Of a stretch of DNA of 64,000 nt, positions 54,147 to 64,000 are shown piece by piece. The stretch's first letter is position 1, and the number at the start of each line of letters is the position of its first letter. A program made the translations under genes and the position numbers. Under the pieces are notes generated by a model. The model saw nothing but the letters and a program-made list of their open reading frames with translations, did no database searches and had not been told where the DNA came from. Source of the stretch: Planctomycetota bacterium (GTDB taxonomy: Bacteria; Planctomycetota; UBA1135; UBA2386); the NCBI GenBank assembly GCA_046290465.1, contig JBKAGP010000001.1, forward strand, positions 4,928,001 through 4,992,000, written 5' to 3'.

Positions 54147-55106
54147 ATGCTTCGCATCGTCAGCTCGTTCGCCGTTTGTTCGGCGCTCGCTCTCGCCCAG
54201 GAAACTCCGGATACCACCGAGGCCGCGCCGCCGGCGCTGCCGCAGGCCAACAGCGACGAGGCGCGCGCGCTCGTCGACAAGGCGATCGACAAGCTGATCG
54301 CGTATGGGCGCGGTCGGTTCGCCAGCAGCGAAGGCCAGGACCAGGCGATGCTGCGCCAGGCCGGGTTGCCGTTCGGTCCCGAGGACACCGAGGTCGACGG
54401 TGGCTGGCATCGCGACGTCGTCTGGGGCGATGCCGACGGCCGCGAGTTCGTGCGTGCCAACGGCCGCATGCTGGCCAAGGTCGACGGCGACTGGCGGCTG
54501 CGTCGCGACAAGCTGTCGGGCGGCGTCAAGGTGCCGTTCACGGCCGATCCGGGCTACCTGCTGACGGTGCTGAAGCGCCTGCCGAAGGCGGCGCGCGCCG
54601 TCGAGCACGTCGAGGCCGGCAAGCTCAAGGGCAAGCAGTGTGCGATCCTGACCTGCAAGCTGACCGGGGACGCGGCGCTGGAGTTCGCCGATTCGGGCGC
54701 GATCCCGGACGTCGGCGGCGGCTTCGGCGGCATGATCGTGATGGGTGGCATGGGCGCTCTGGGCGGCGAACCGCCGCGCCCCGACTTCGAGACCTGGCTG
54801 GCGTTCTTCGTCGATCGGGACAGCGGCGATCTGCTGCGCTTCGCGGTCAAGTCGTTCCAGACCGACGAGATGATGGGCAACATCGCCGTCCAGGTCGCCG
54901 GCGCCGGCGGCGTCGTCGAAGAGGTCGAGGAAGAAGAGGAAGAGGAGGCCGAGAACGCCCCGGTCAAGTGGAAGCGCGGCTTCCCCAACATCAAGCCGAA
55001 GAAGGACCAGTCGGTGCTCGACTACCGCCTCGACTTCAAGGACCTCGGCCTCGCCGAGCCGCCGACCCTGGCCGACGACCTCAAGGCGCTGCTGCGGCTG
55101 CGTTAG
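54147..55106 (+). CDS. Hypothetical secreted protein
   Basis: Signal peptide …ALALAQ, Gly/Met-rich and poly-Glu inserts. Confidence 0.75.
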   Translation: MLRIVSSFAVCSALALAQETPDTTEAAPPALPQANSDEARALVDKAIDKLIAYGRGRFASSEGQDQAMLRQAGLPFGPEDTEVDGGWHRDVVWGDADGREFVRANGRMLAKVDGDWRLRRDKLSGGVKVPFTADPGYLLTVLKRLPKAARAVEHVEAGKLKGKQCAILTCKLTGDAALEFADSGAIPDVGGGFGGMIVMGGMGALGGEPPRPDFETWLAFFVDRDSGDLLRFAVKSFQTDEMMGNIAVQVAGAGGVVEEVEEEEEEEAENAPVKWKRGFPNIKPKKDQSVLDYRLDFKDLGLAEPPTLADDLKALLRLR

Positions 55107-55213
55107 GAGCGCGTCCATGTAGTGGACGCGCTGCCAACCGTGATCGCGGAAGCGGCGTGTACGCTTGCGGACGGGGCTTTGCCCGCTAGGCGCCACCGCG
55201 CAGCGCGAGAGCG

Positions 55214-55288
55214 CAAACACCGCATGCCGAACCTGGTTCATCCTGCGCCACGTGGCGCAGGCGAACCAGGTTCGGTATGCGGTGTTTG
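55214..55288. repeat. 75-bp near-perfect palindrome between convergent genes
   Basis: 26-bp arms (caaacaccgcatgccgaacctggttc / gaaccaggttcggtatgcggtgtttg) around the perfect 20-bp palindrome cctgcgccacgtggcgcagg. Confidence 0.9.
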
Positions 55289-55301
55289 GTTCGGGGTGGT
55301 G

Positions 55302-55997
55302 TCAGTGGACGATGGAGGCGAGGTCTTCGGGGTAGTGGCGGATCAGGCAGGCGGGGCAGATGCCGTGCGTGAACTTGGTGCCGTTCAGGTCGTGGAAGTA
55401 CTGTTCGATGCGCTGCCACTGGTCGGCGTCGTTGCGAACGGCGTGGCAGTGGCCGCACATCGGGACCAGGGTCGCGATCTCCTCGACGCGCTTCAGACAG
55501 CGAGCCAGTTGCCGGTTGCTGCGACGCAGCTCCATCAGGTGCACGACCTGGTCGGCCAGGCGCTGCAGCGTCCGCCGCGCGACTTCGTCGAACGTGCGGG
55601 TGCGGTTGTCGATCAGGCACAGCGTGCCGAGCGCGTAGCCGTCGGAGTCGACCAGCGGATGTCCTGCGTAGAAGCGGATGCCATCGGCGGCGGTGACCTG
55701 CGGGTTGTCGCGGAAGCGCGGGTCGGCGGTCGCGTCGGTGACGATCAGCGCCTCGTCCGACTCGATCGCGTGCGTGCAGAACGACAGCTCGCGCGCGACC
55801 TCGCCACGCGGGCAGCCGTGCGCGGCCTTCGACCACTGTCGACGTTCGTCGATCAGGCTGACGACCGCGACCGGCGTGTCGCAGACCTCCGCCGCCATCG
55901 CGGCGAGTTCGTCGAAGGCCAGCTCGCTCTTGGTGTCGAGCAGTTCGTAGCTGCGGAGGGCGGCGACGCGTGCCGGTTCGTCGGTGGTGGTGGACAC
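55302..55997 (-). CDS. GAF-domain protein with C-terminal CxxC…HGICxxC domain
   Basis: EPARVAALRSYELLDT, SFCTHAI, DPRF.DNP, IRFYAG, GTLC. C-terminal PMCGHC…FTHGICPAC. Confidence 0.9.
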   Translation of the reverse strand: MSTTTDEPARVAALRSYELLDTKSELAFDELAAMAAEVCDTPVAVVSLIDERRQWSKAAHGCPRGEVARELSFCTHAIESDEALIVTDATADPRFRDNPQVTAADGIRFYAGHPLVDSDGYALGTLCLIDNRTRTFDEVARRTLQRLADQVVHLMELRRSNRQLARCLKRVEEIATLVPMCGHCHAVRNDADQWQRIEQYFHDLNGTKFTHGICPACLIRHYPEDLASIVH

Positions 55998-56040
55998 GGT
56001 GGCAGGTGCAAGTAGGGGAATGGCGAGGGATGATGGCGAG

Positions 56041-56985
56041 ATGACGACACGCATCTGGTTGGCGGCGATGCTCACGACCTTCTGCGCAACCTGGACTTCG
56101 GCACAAACTACGCCCAGTTCCGATGGTGGCCTTCCCCATGTGAAGACCCCTAGTCCGTGGCAGCAGGGTCGATGGGTGCCGTTCGTGTTGGTCTGGCCGA
56201 CAGGTGATGCGGATGGCGACGCTGCGCGCCTGCAGGCGCTGGCCGACGCCGGCTTCGCTGCTGCCTTGCTGGACGAACGTGCTGACTCGCAACAGCTGGG
56301 AAAATCCCTGTTCGCGATCCGCCAGCGCTACCGCATCGACCAGGGGGCGCTGCATGCGCTGGTCGGCGCCGATGCCGACACGGCGCTCGCGACCCTGCTG
56401 GCGCAGCGGCACGAGTTCCAGACGGTGACCGTGTTCGGCGCCGCGGCCGATGCCGACCTGAAGGCCGTGCGGCGCCTGCGCACCCGGCGCGTGCACGCCG
56501 TGCAGGGTGCGGATGCCGAAGCGCTGGCGCAGCATCTGCGCCGACTCCACGACGCCCGCACGCCGAAGGGCGCCGCCGCCAAGGTCGCGCGCACGCTCGA
56601 CTCGTTCCACGACGCCGCCGCGGTCGGGGACGAGGACCGCTACTTCGCGATCATCCCCGACGATGCCGTGTTCCTCGGCACCGACGCGACCGAGCGCTGG
56701 ACCGGCAAGCAGTTCCGCGACTTCGCGATGCGCTACTTCGAGCGGCCGTCGGCGTGGACCTACGTGCCGCTCGAGCGCCACATCACGTTCTCGGACGATC
56801 GCAAGCTGTGCTGGTTCAGCGAGGCGCTCGACAACGCCGGCTACGGCGAATGCCGCGGCAGCGGCGTGATGGTGCTGCGTGACGGCAGCTGGGTGCTGCG
56901 CCAGTACAACCTGACCGTGCCGGTGCCCAACGACCTGATGGCGGACGTCGCCAGGCAGATCCGTCGGCACACCGACGGCAAGTGA
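56041..56985 (+). CDS. Secreted protein with C-terminal SnoaL/NTF2-like domain
   Basis: LDSFHDAAA…FLGTDATERW…WFSEALD…CRGSGV…QYNLT. Confidence 0.82.
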   Translation: MTTRIWLAAMLTTFCATWTSAQTTPSSDGGLPHVKTPSPWQQGRWVPFVLVWPTGDADGDAARLQALADAGFAAALLDERADSQQLGKSLFAIRQRYRIDQGALHALVGADADTALATLLAQRHEFQTVTVFGAAADADLKAVRRLRTRRVHAVQGADAEALAQHLRRLHDARTPKGAAAKVARTLDSFHDAAAVGDEDRYFAIIPDDAVFLGTDATERWTGKQFRDFAMRYFERPSAWTYVPLERHITFSDDRKLCWFSEALDNAGYGECRGSGVMVLRDGSWVLRQYNLTVPVPNDLMADVARQIRRHTDGK

Positions 56986-56994
56986 GCGCCGCCG

Positions 56995-58569
56995 CTACGA
57001 GCTGCAGGACAGCGCCGAGCAGCCGGGCTTGTGCCGCGCCCACTCCGGCCGCTTCGCCGCCAGGTCGTCGTGCTCCGGCTGCTCGTCGAACGGTCGCTGC
57101 ATGACGTCGAAGAGCCGCTGCAGCACGCTCGCGTCGCCCTTCTCGGCGGCCTCGATCGCCGTCTGCGACAGCCAGTTGCGCAGCACGAACCTGGGGTTGG
57201 TCGCGCGCAGCAGGGCGGCGATCTGCTCCGGCGCGATCGTCTCGAGCCGCGTGCGCTGCCACCAGCGGCGCAGCCAGGCGACGCCGCCGTCGAGGTGCCG
57301 CTGCGACGGCTTGCCGTAGAACGCCTCGGCCGTGCTCGCCGGCATCGTCGTCGGTTCGGCGTCGGCCGTGACGACGTCGCAGAGCGAACGGAAGAAGATC
57401 GTCATGTCGGTCTCTTCCTTGCCGAGCCAGTCGAACAGGTCCTGCAGCAGCTGGCCGTCCTCGGCGTGGCCGCCGTGCGTGATGCCGAGCTTCTGGGCGA
57501 ACCGTCGCCCCGCCTCCGCGCCGTAGACGTCGCGATAGTGGTCGAGTGCGTCCTCGGCTGGCTTCTCGTCGCCGTCGAGCAACGGCAGCACCGCCTCGCA
57601 CAGGCGCGCGACGTTCCACAGGCCGATGCCGGGCTGGTTGCCGAACGCGTAGCGGCGCTGGCGGGCGTCGGTGGTGTTGGGCGTCCAGCCGAGCTGGAAG
57701 TCGTCGGTCCAGCCGTACGGGCCGTAGTCGATCGTCAGGCCGAGGATCGACATGTTGTCGGTGTTGAGCACGCCGTGCACGAAGCCGACCGCCTGCCAGT
57801 GCGCGACCAGCTTCGCGGTGCGCGCGGCGACCTCGCGCAGCCAGCCTGTGTAGCCGTCGACACCTTGCCCGGCCGCCTCCGGAAACCAGTGCGCGAGCGT
57901 GAAGTCGACGAGCTTCCGCAGCAGCGGCACGTCGCCGCGCGACATCGGCAGCTGGTAGTTGCCGAACCGGAGGAACGTCGGCGCGACCCGGCAGACGATC
58001 GCACCCGGTTCGCGCTGCGGGTTGCCGTCGTAGAACATGTCACGCACGACGTCGTCGCCGGTGCGCACCAGCGACAGCGCCCGGGTCGTCGGCACGCCGA
58101 GCGCGTGCATCGCCTCGCTGCACAGGTATTCGCGGATCGACGAGCGCAGCACCGCGCGGCCGTCGGCGGCGCGCGAGTAGGCGGTCGGTCCGGCGCCCTT
58201 GAGCTGCAGTTCGACCCGTTCGCCGTCGGGGCGCAGCAGTTCGCCGAGCACGATCGCGCGGCCGTCGCCGAGCTGGCCAGCCCAGTGGCCGAACTGGTGG
58301 CCGCCGTAGTTGGCCGCGTACGGGTCCATCCCCGGCCACAGCGCGTTGCCGGCCAAGACCCGGGCCGCGTCGTCGCCGTCGAGCAGTTCTGCGGACAGCC
58401 CGAGTTCGGCGGCCAGCGGCGGCGACCAGTGCAGCATCTGCGGCGCGGCCACCGGCGTCGGCTGCACCCGCGACCAGAGCGCGCCGAGCACTTCGCGCGC
58501 GCGCGGTTCGGTGTCGGGGTCCCCGGGCAGCGAGTCGAGCAGCTGGCGTTGGAAGGTCGGCGGCGCCAT
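56995..58569 (-). CDS. selO: Protein adenylyltransferase SelO/YdiU
   Basis: YGGHQFG.WAGQLGDGR, QLKGAG.T.YSR..DGRAVLRS, HGVLNTDN, DYGPY, C-terminal CSS. Confidence 0.96.
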   Translation of the reverse strand: MAPPTFQRQLLDSLPGDPDTEPRAREVLGALWSRVQPTPVAAPQMLHWSPPLAAELGLSAELLDGDDAARVLAGNALWPGMDPYAANYGGHQFGHWAGQLGDGRAIVLGELLRPDGERVELQLKGAGPTAYSRAADGRAVLRSSIREYLCSEAMHALGVPTTRALSLVRTGDDVVRDMFYDGNPQREPGAIVCRVAPTFLRFGNYQLPMSRGDVPLLRKLVDFTLAHWFPEAAGQGVDGYTGWLREVAARTAKLVAHWQAVGFVHGVLNTDNMSILGLTIDYGPYGWTDDFQLGWTPNTTDARQRRYAFGNQPGIGLWNVARLCEAVLPLLDGDEKPAEDALDHYRDVYGAEAGRRFAQKLGITHGGHAEDGQLLQDLFDWLGKEETDMTIFFRSLCDVVTADAEPTTMPASTAEAFYGKPSQRHLDGGVAWLRRWWQRTRLETIAPEQIAALLRATNPRFVLRNWLSQTAIEAAEKGDASVLQRLFDVMQRPFDEQPEHDDLAAKRPEWARHKPGCSALSCSS

Positions 58570-58610
58570 GCGTCCTTCCTACCACAACCCGGCGCGCATA
58601 GATTGCCCGC

Positions 58611-59126
58611 GTGGCCTCCGTCTCGAGCTTTCCGCCGGTCGCTTCGCGCGACGCGCGCGTGCTGGTCCTCGGCAGCATGCCGGGCGTCGCCTCGCTCGAG
58701 GCGCAGCGCTACTACGCGCACCCGCGCAACGCGTTCTGGCCGATCATGGGGGACGTGCTCGGGTTCGACGCCGAACTGCCCTACGACCGACGGCTGGCCG
58801 CGCTGCGCTGTGCGGGCATCGCGCTGTGGGACGTGCTGGCGCGCTGCGTGCGCGAGGGCAGCCTCGACAGCGACATCGAACGCGACTCGGTCGAGGTGCA
58901 CGACTTCGCCGGGTTCCTGCAGCGACACCGCGAGGTCCAGGCGGTGCTGTGCAACGGCGGCGCGGCCTTCCAGCTGTTCCGTCGGCACGTGGCGGGGGCA
59001 TTGCCAGCGCCGTTCGCGGGGTTGCCCGTCCGTCAGATGCCGTCGACGAGCCCGGCCAACGCCGGCATGCCACGAGAACGCAAGCTCGAGCTCTGGCGCG
59101 CGGCGCTCGAGCCGTGGTTGCGGTGA
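58611..59126 (+). CDS. DNA-deoxyinosine glycosylase (UDG/Mug family)
   Basis: LGSMPG, YYAHPRNAFW, LWDV, GSLDSDI, PSTSPAN. Confidence 0.9.
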   Translation: MASVSSFPPVASRDARVLVLGSMPGVASLEAQRYYAHPRNAFWPIMGDVLGFDAELPYDRRLAALRCAGIALWDVLARCVREGSLDSDIERDSVEVHDFAGFLQRHREVQAVLCNGGAAFQLFRRHVAGALPAPFAGLPVRQMPSTSPANAGMPRERKLELWRAALEPWLR

Positions 59127-59240
59127 GTCGCAACGTCGCTGCGACCGTCGTCGCGCGGATCGGGCCGACGTGACGGCGAATCGTCGGGGCGCTGCGGATA
59201 CCCTGCTCGCGCTCGCACCCACCAATCCCCGCTACCCACG

Positions 59241-60941
59241 ATGCTTCGCACCACCCTCGCCGCATCTGGACTGCTCTGCGCCTCGCTCGCCGCACAGGGC
59301 TTCCAGTACCCCAACTTCAACCAGGCCACCCAGCTCAATCTGCTCGGCAGCGCGGCCGTCACCGGCAACTCGCTGCGGCTGACGGCCAACGTCAGCAACC
59401 AGAGCGGCTGGGCCTGGCGCCAGGAATCGTGGCCGGTCGTCAACGGCTTCGAGACGACGTTCTCGTTCCGCGTCACGCCGCCGCAGTTCGGCACCAAGGC
59501 CGAAGGCCTCGCGTTCGTCATCCACGACGGACCGGCCGGCAACACCACGACGGCCGGCACCGTGTGGGGCATGGGCTACGGCGTCGGCGCCAACAACTCG
59601 AGCGGCATCCCGCGTTCGATCGCGATCGAGCTGGACACCTACCTCGACCCGTTCCTCAACGACACCAGCGCCAACGAGCTGACCGTGCACACGCGGGGCA
59701 CCACCGGCAACAACGAGAACGAGGTCTACTCGATCGGCCGCACCACGCTGCCGGGCAACTTCTCGGACGGCCAGCCGCACATGCTGCGCGTCGTCTACGT
59801 GCCGGGCACGCTCGAGATCTTCTTCGACGGCGGCGCCACGCCGTCGCTGTCGATCGCCTACGACCTGATCAACGGCGGCAACTTCCTCAACGGCGGCGCG
59901 GTGTCCGGCATCGGCAGCGCCAACGGCACCGCCTACCTCGGCTTCTGCGCGACCACCGGCGCCGGCTCGCTGACCGAGCTGGCCGAGATCCTGTCGTGGG
60001 ACTGGAGCTCGACGCCGCTGACCGATCCCTGCTACCAGGGCACGCTCGGCCAGGACACGCTGACCATCAACGGCAGCACCGGCGGCTTCTTCCGCAGGGT
60101 CGAGGTGGCGACGCACCAGGCGTTCGACATCGGTCTGCTCGACCCGCCGGGCTTCGGCGCCGGTGCGCCGTACGTGCTGTTCGGCTCGCTGCTGCCGCAA
60201 CCGAGTGCGCCCGGCTCGGTGCTGCCGTTCGGCAACGCCTGCTTCCCGATGCTGCCGCAGGGCGCGACGGAGCTGGTCCTGGCCGACTCGTTCGGCTTCG
60301 GGCTCGGCCTGGTGCCCGCCGGCGTGACCCCCTACACGATCGCCGTGCCGCAGGGGGCGCTGACGTTCCCGATCGACCTGACGCTGCAGGCGGTGACGCT
60401 GGCGTCGCCGGCGTCGCTGGGGCTCAGCAACGCCGTCGAGCTCGGCATCGCCGTGGCTCCGGCGCCGACCATCAGCACGATCACGCCGCTCAGCGCGGGC
60501 GTCGGCAACGCGATCACCGTCAACGGCAGCGGCTTCGTGCCGGGTGCCAGCCTGACCGTCGGCGGCGTCGCGGTGACGCCGTCGCTGTTCGAGTCGGACC
60601 GCATCGTGTTCCCGTATCCGGCCAACCTCGGCTGCGATGCGCCGCTTGCGATCACCAACCCGGACGGCAAGAACGTCGGCGCGACGCTCAACCCGACGCC
60701 GGTGGTCACCGGCACGGTGCTCGGCTCGGGGCCGGCGACGGGCGGCGCGGTGTTCGTCGTGCAGGGGCAGGGCTTCGCGCCCGGTTCGACGGTGACGATC
60801 GGCGGTGCGCCGGCCAACGTGATCGGGGCCAGCGGCCTCGCGGTCACGATGAACACGCCGCCGGGCACGCCCGGTGTGGCGACGGTGATCATCACCACGC
60901 CGGGTGGCTGCACCGCGCAGACGACCTACACCTACCAGTAG
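59241..60941 (+). CDS. Secreted legume(L-type)-lectin-domain protein with two IPT/TIG domains
   Basis: LRLT…GWAW…FETTFSF…EGLAFVI…AIELDT…AYLGF lectin motifs. PTISTITP…ITVNGSGF TIG repeats. Confidence 0.85.
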   Translation: MLRTTLAASGLLCASLAAQGFQYPNFNQATQLNLLGSAAVTGNSLRLTANVSNQSGWAWRQESWPVVNGFETTFSFRVTPPQFGTKAEGLAFVIHDGPAGNTTTAGTVWGMGYGVGANNSSGIPRSIAIELDTYLDPFLNDTSANELTVHTRGTTGNNENEVYSIGRTTLPGNFSDGQPHMLRVVYVPGTLEIFFDGGATPSLSIAYDLINGGNFLNGGAVSGIGSANGTAYLGFCATTGAGSLTELAEILSWDWSSTPLTDPCYQGTLGQDTLTINGSTGGFFRRVEVATHQAFDIGLLDPPGFGAGAPYVLFGSLLPQPSAPGSVLPFGNACFPMLPQGATELVLADSFGFGLGLVPAGVTPYTIAVPQGALTFPIDLTLQAVTLASPASLGLSNAVELGIAVAPAPTISTITPLSAGVGNAITVNGSGFVPGASLTVGGVAVTPSLFESDRIVFPYPANLGCDAPLAITNPDGKNVGATLNPTPVVTGTVLGSGPATGGAVFVVQGQGFAPGSTVTIGGAPANVIGASGLAVTMNTPPGTPGVATVIITTPGGCTAQTTYTYQ

Positions 60942-60982
60942 GTTCGAGAGCCAGTAGGTTCGAGAGCCAGTAGGTTCGAGAG
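60935..60982 (+). repeat. 16-bp tandem repeat x3 (CCAGTAGGTTCGAGAG) containing the lectin gene stop codon
   Basis: Three identical copies, read directly. Confidence 0.95.
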
Positions 60983-61021
60983 AGAGGGGGGGGCGCCTCC
61001 CGGGTCCCCCTGCCTGGGCCG

Positions 61022-61672
61022 CTACCGCCGCTCGATGACCTCGTCGAGCGGGTAGCGCACCTTCGGCGCGGCGGCGTACTTGTCGTCCGCCGAGCGGTAG
61101 CCGACCGCACACGCGCACAGGGTCGCATAGCGCGTGTCCTTGAGCCCGAGCAGTTCGTCGTAGCCAACCATGTCGATGCCTTCCATCGGGCAGGTGTCGA
61201 CCCCCAGCGCCGCCGCCGAGGTCATCAGCTGGCCGAGCGCGATGTAGGCCTGGCGCGCGTTCCAGCCGAACAGGTCCTTGGCCGCCCAGCCCTTGACCAG
61301 GAAGCCGGCGATGACGTCGCGGTAGCCCTTCATCGCGTCGACCTCGGTGCCGCGCACCTCGCACTGGCGCGCGATGAAGCGGTCGACGTCGTCGTCGGTG
61401 GTCGTGCGCAGCGCGGTCAGCACGACGTAGCGGTCGGCGTCGACGACCTGCGACTGGTTCCACGATGCCGCGCGCAGCTGCTCGCGCAGGTTCTTGTCGT
61501 CGATGACCAGGAACTTCCACGGCTGCAGGCCGAACGACGACGGCGCCAGCACCAGCGACTGCTCGAGCGCGGCCCAGACGTCGTCGGGGATCTTCTTGTC
61601 CGGGTCGAACGCCTTGGCGGCGTAGCGCCAGTTGAGCCGCTCGAGGAGCTGTTCGGGGGTTAGTTGCGTCAT
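61022..61672 (-). CDS. NAD(P)H nitroreductase (NfsB-like)
   Basis: WRYAAKAFD, APSSFGLQPW, DTCPMEG, AVGYR, KVR. Confidence 0.93.
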   Translation of the reverse strand: MTQLTPEQLLERLNWRYAAKAFDPDKKIPDDVWAALEQSLVLAPSSFGLQPWKFLVIDDKNLREQLRAASWNQSQVVDADRYVVLTALRTTTDDDVDRFIARQCEVRGTEVDAMKGYRDVIAGFLVKGWAAKDLFGWNARQAYIALGQLMTSAAALGVDTCPMEGIDMVGYDELLGLKDTRYATLCACAVGYRSADDKYAAAPKVRYPLDEVIERR

Positions 61673-61674
61673 GA

Positions 61675-63588
<1,914 letters not shown>

Positions 63589-63672
63589 TTCCGGTGGGGT
63601 TCGAGGTTGGCTTCGAGTTTCTGGGGGTAGCAGGATTGCGACCTGCCCGGCAAGGTTCAAGGGGGCCGGGGC

Positions 63673-63707
63673 CAGCGGGGGTGACAGCGGGGGTCACAGC
63701 GGGGTCG
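63673..63707 (+). repeat. 12-bp imperfect tandem repeat x3 (CAGCGGGGGTSA) in the divergent htpG intergenic region
   Basis: cagcgggggtga / cagcgggggtca / cagcggggtcg. Confidence 0.75.
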
Positions 63708-63789
63708 CCGCCGTGCCGGTCGCCCGCTGCCGGTGGCCCGAATGTGACTTTGTGCTTGCGGCGCCGACGGCAGGCGCGAGCTTGGGGCG

Positions 63790-64000
63790 ATGCCCGGCGA
63801 GCAGGCCCTCGGTGCCGGCCGCCGCGAGCGGCTCGACGCGATCCAGTATCTGCGCGCCGTCGCGGCGCTGATGGTCGTCGTGCACCACGCCAGGAACGCG
63901 GACCCGGGCGGCTGGCTGTTCAACCCGCTCGAGGACTACCAGCTGCTGGCGCGCGGCGTCGACGTGTTCTTCGTGATCAGCGGCTTCATCATGTACTTCG
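63790..64000 (+). CDS. Acyltransferase-3 (OafA-like) family, truncated by the window end
   Basis: RLDAIQYLRAVAALMVVVHH…GVDVFFVISGFIM; not in the ORF track because it runs off the end. Confidence 0.9.
   Translation, partial: MPGEQALGAGRRERLDAIQYLRAVAALMVVVHHARNADPGGWLFNPLEDYQLLARGVDVFFVISGFIMYF

Noticed and set aside
56995..57030. Selenocysteine in the SelO C-terminus
   Set aside because: Ends TGC AGC TCG TAG (CSS-stop), with no in-frame UGA.
63630..63666. Sigma32 promoter or CIRCE element upstream of htpG
   Set aside because: CCCCCTTGAA matches the sigma32 -35, but no CCCCAT -10 follows at the right spacing and no CIRCE repeat is present.

Overview
Very GC-rich (roughly 70% by eye) bacterial chromosomal window of about 58 genes. 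It is probably from Planctomycetota; this is inferred from the ECF sigma/Ser-Thr kinase pair, several ECF/anti-sigma modules and many unannotatable secreted proteins. Recognisable genes: metH with an ArsR-methyltransferase (SahR-like) regulator, Aas-type MFS-acyltransferase-ligase fusion, PerR-like regulator with dps, S9 and M14 peptidases, enoyl-CoA hydratase and 3-hydroxyacyl-CoA dehydrogenase, SelO, deoxyinosine glycosylase, nitroreductase and htpG. No rRNA, tRNA, CRISPR array, transposase or integrase was seen. Best candidates for an undescribed system are two cysteine-rich, probably metal-related modules. (1) 44122-50977: a secreted Cys/Asp-rich leader ORF ending in an RGPP arrest-like motif, then a stem-loop, then a TolC-MFP-ABC-2x permease-CxTPWDYCC lipoprotein operon; this resembles CruR/DUF2946-type metal-responsive attenuation, but here in front of an exporter. 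(2) 35245-36657: a secreted metallothionein-like 86-aa peptide (18 Cys) heading an ECF sigma and Cys-rich anti-sigma operon. Also notable: a nucleotidyltransferase TA-like cassette flanked by a 40-bp direct repeat, a Tat-lipoprotein pirin, triplicated 16-bp stop-codon repeats, a 75-bp palindrome and several clear operator palindromes.
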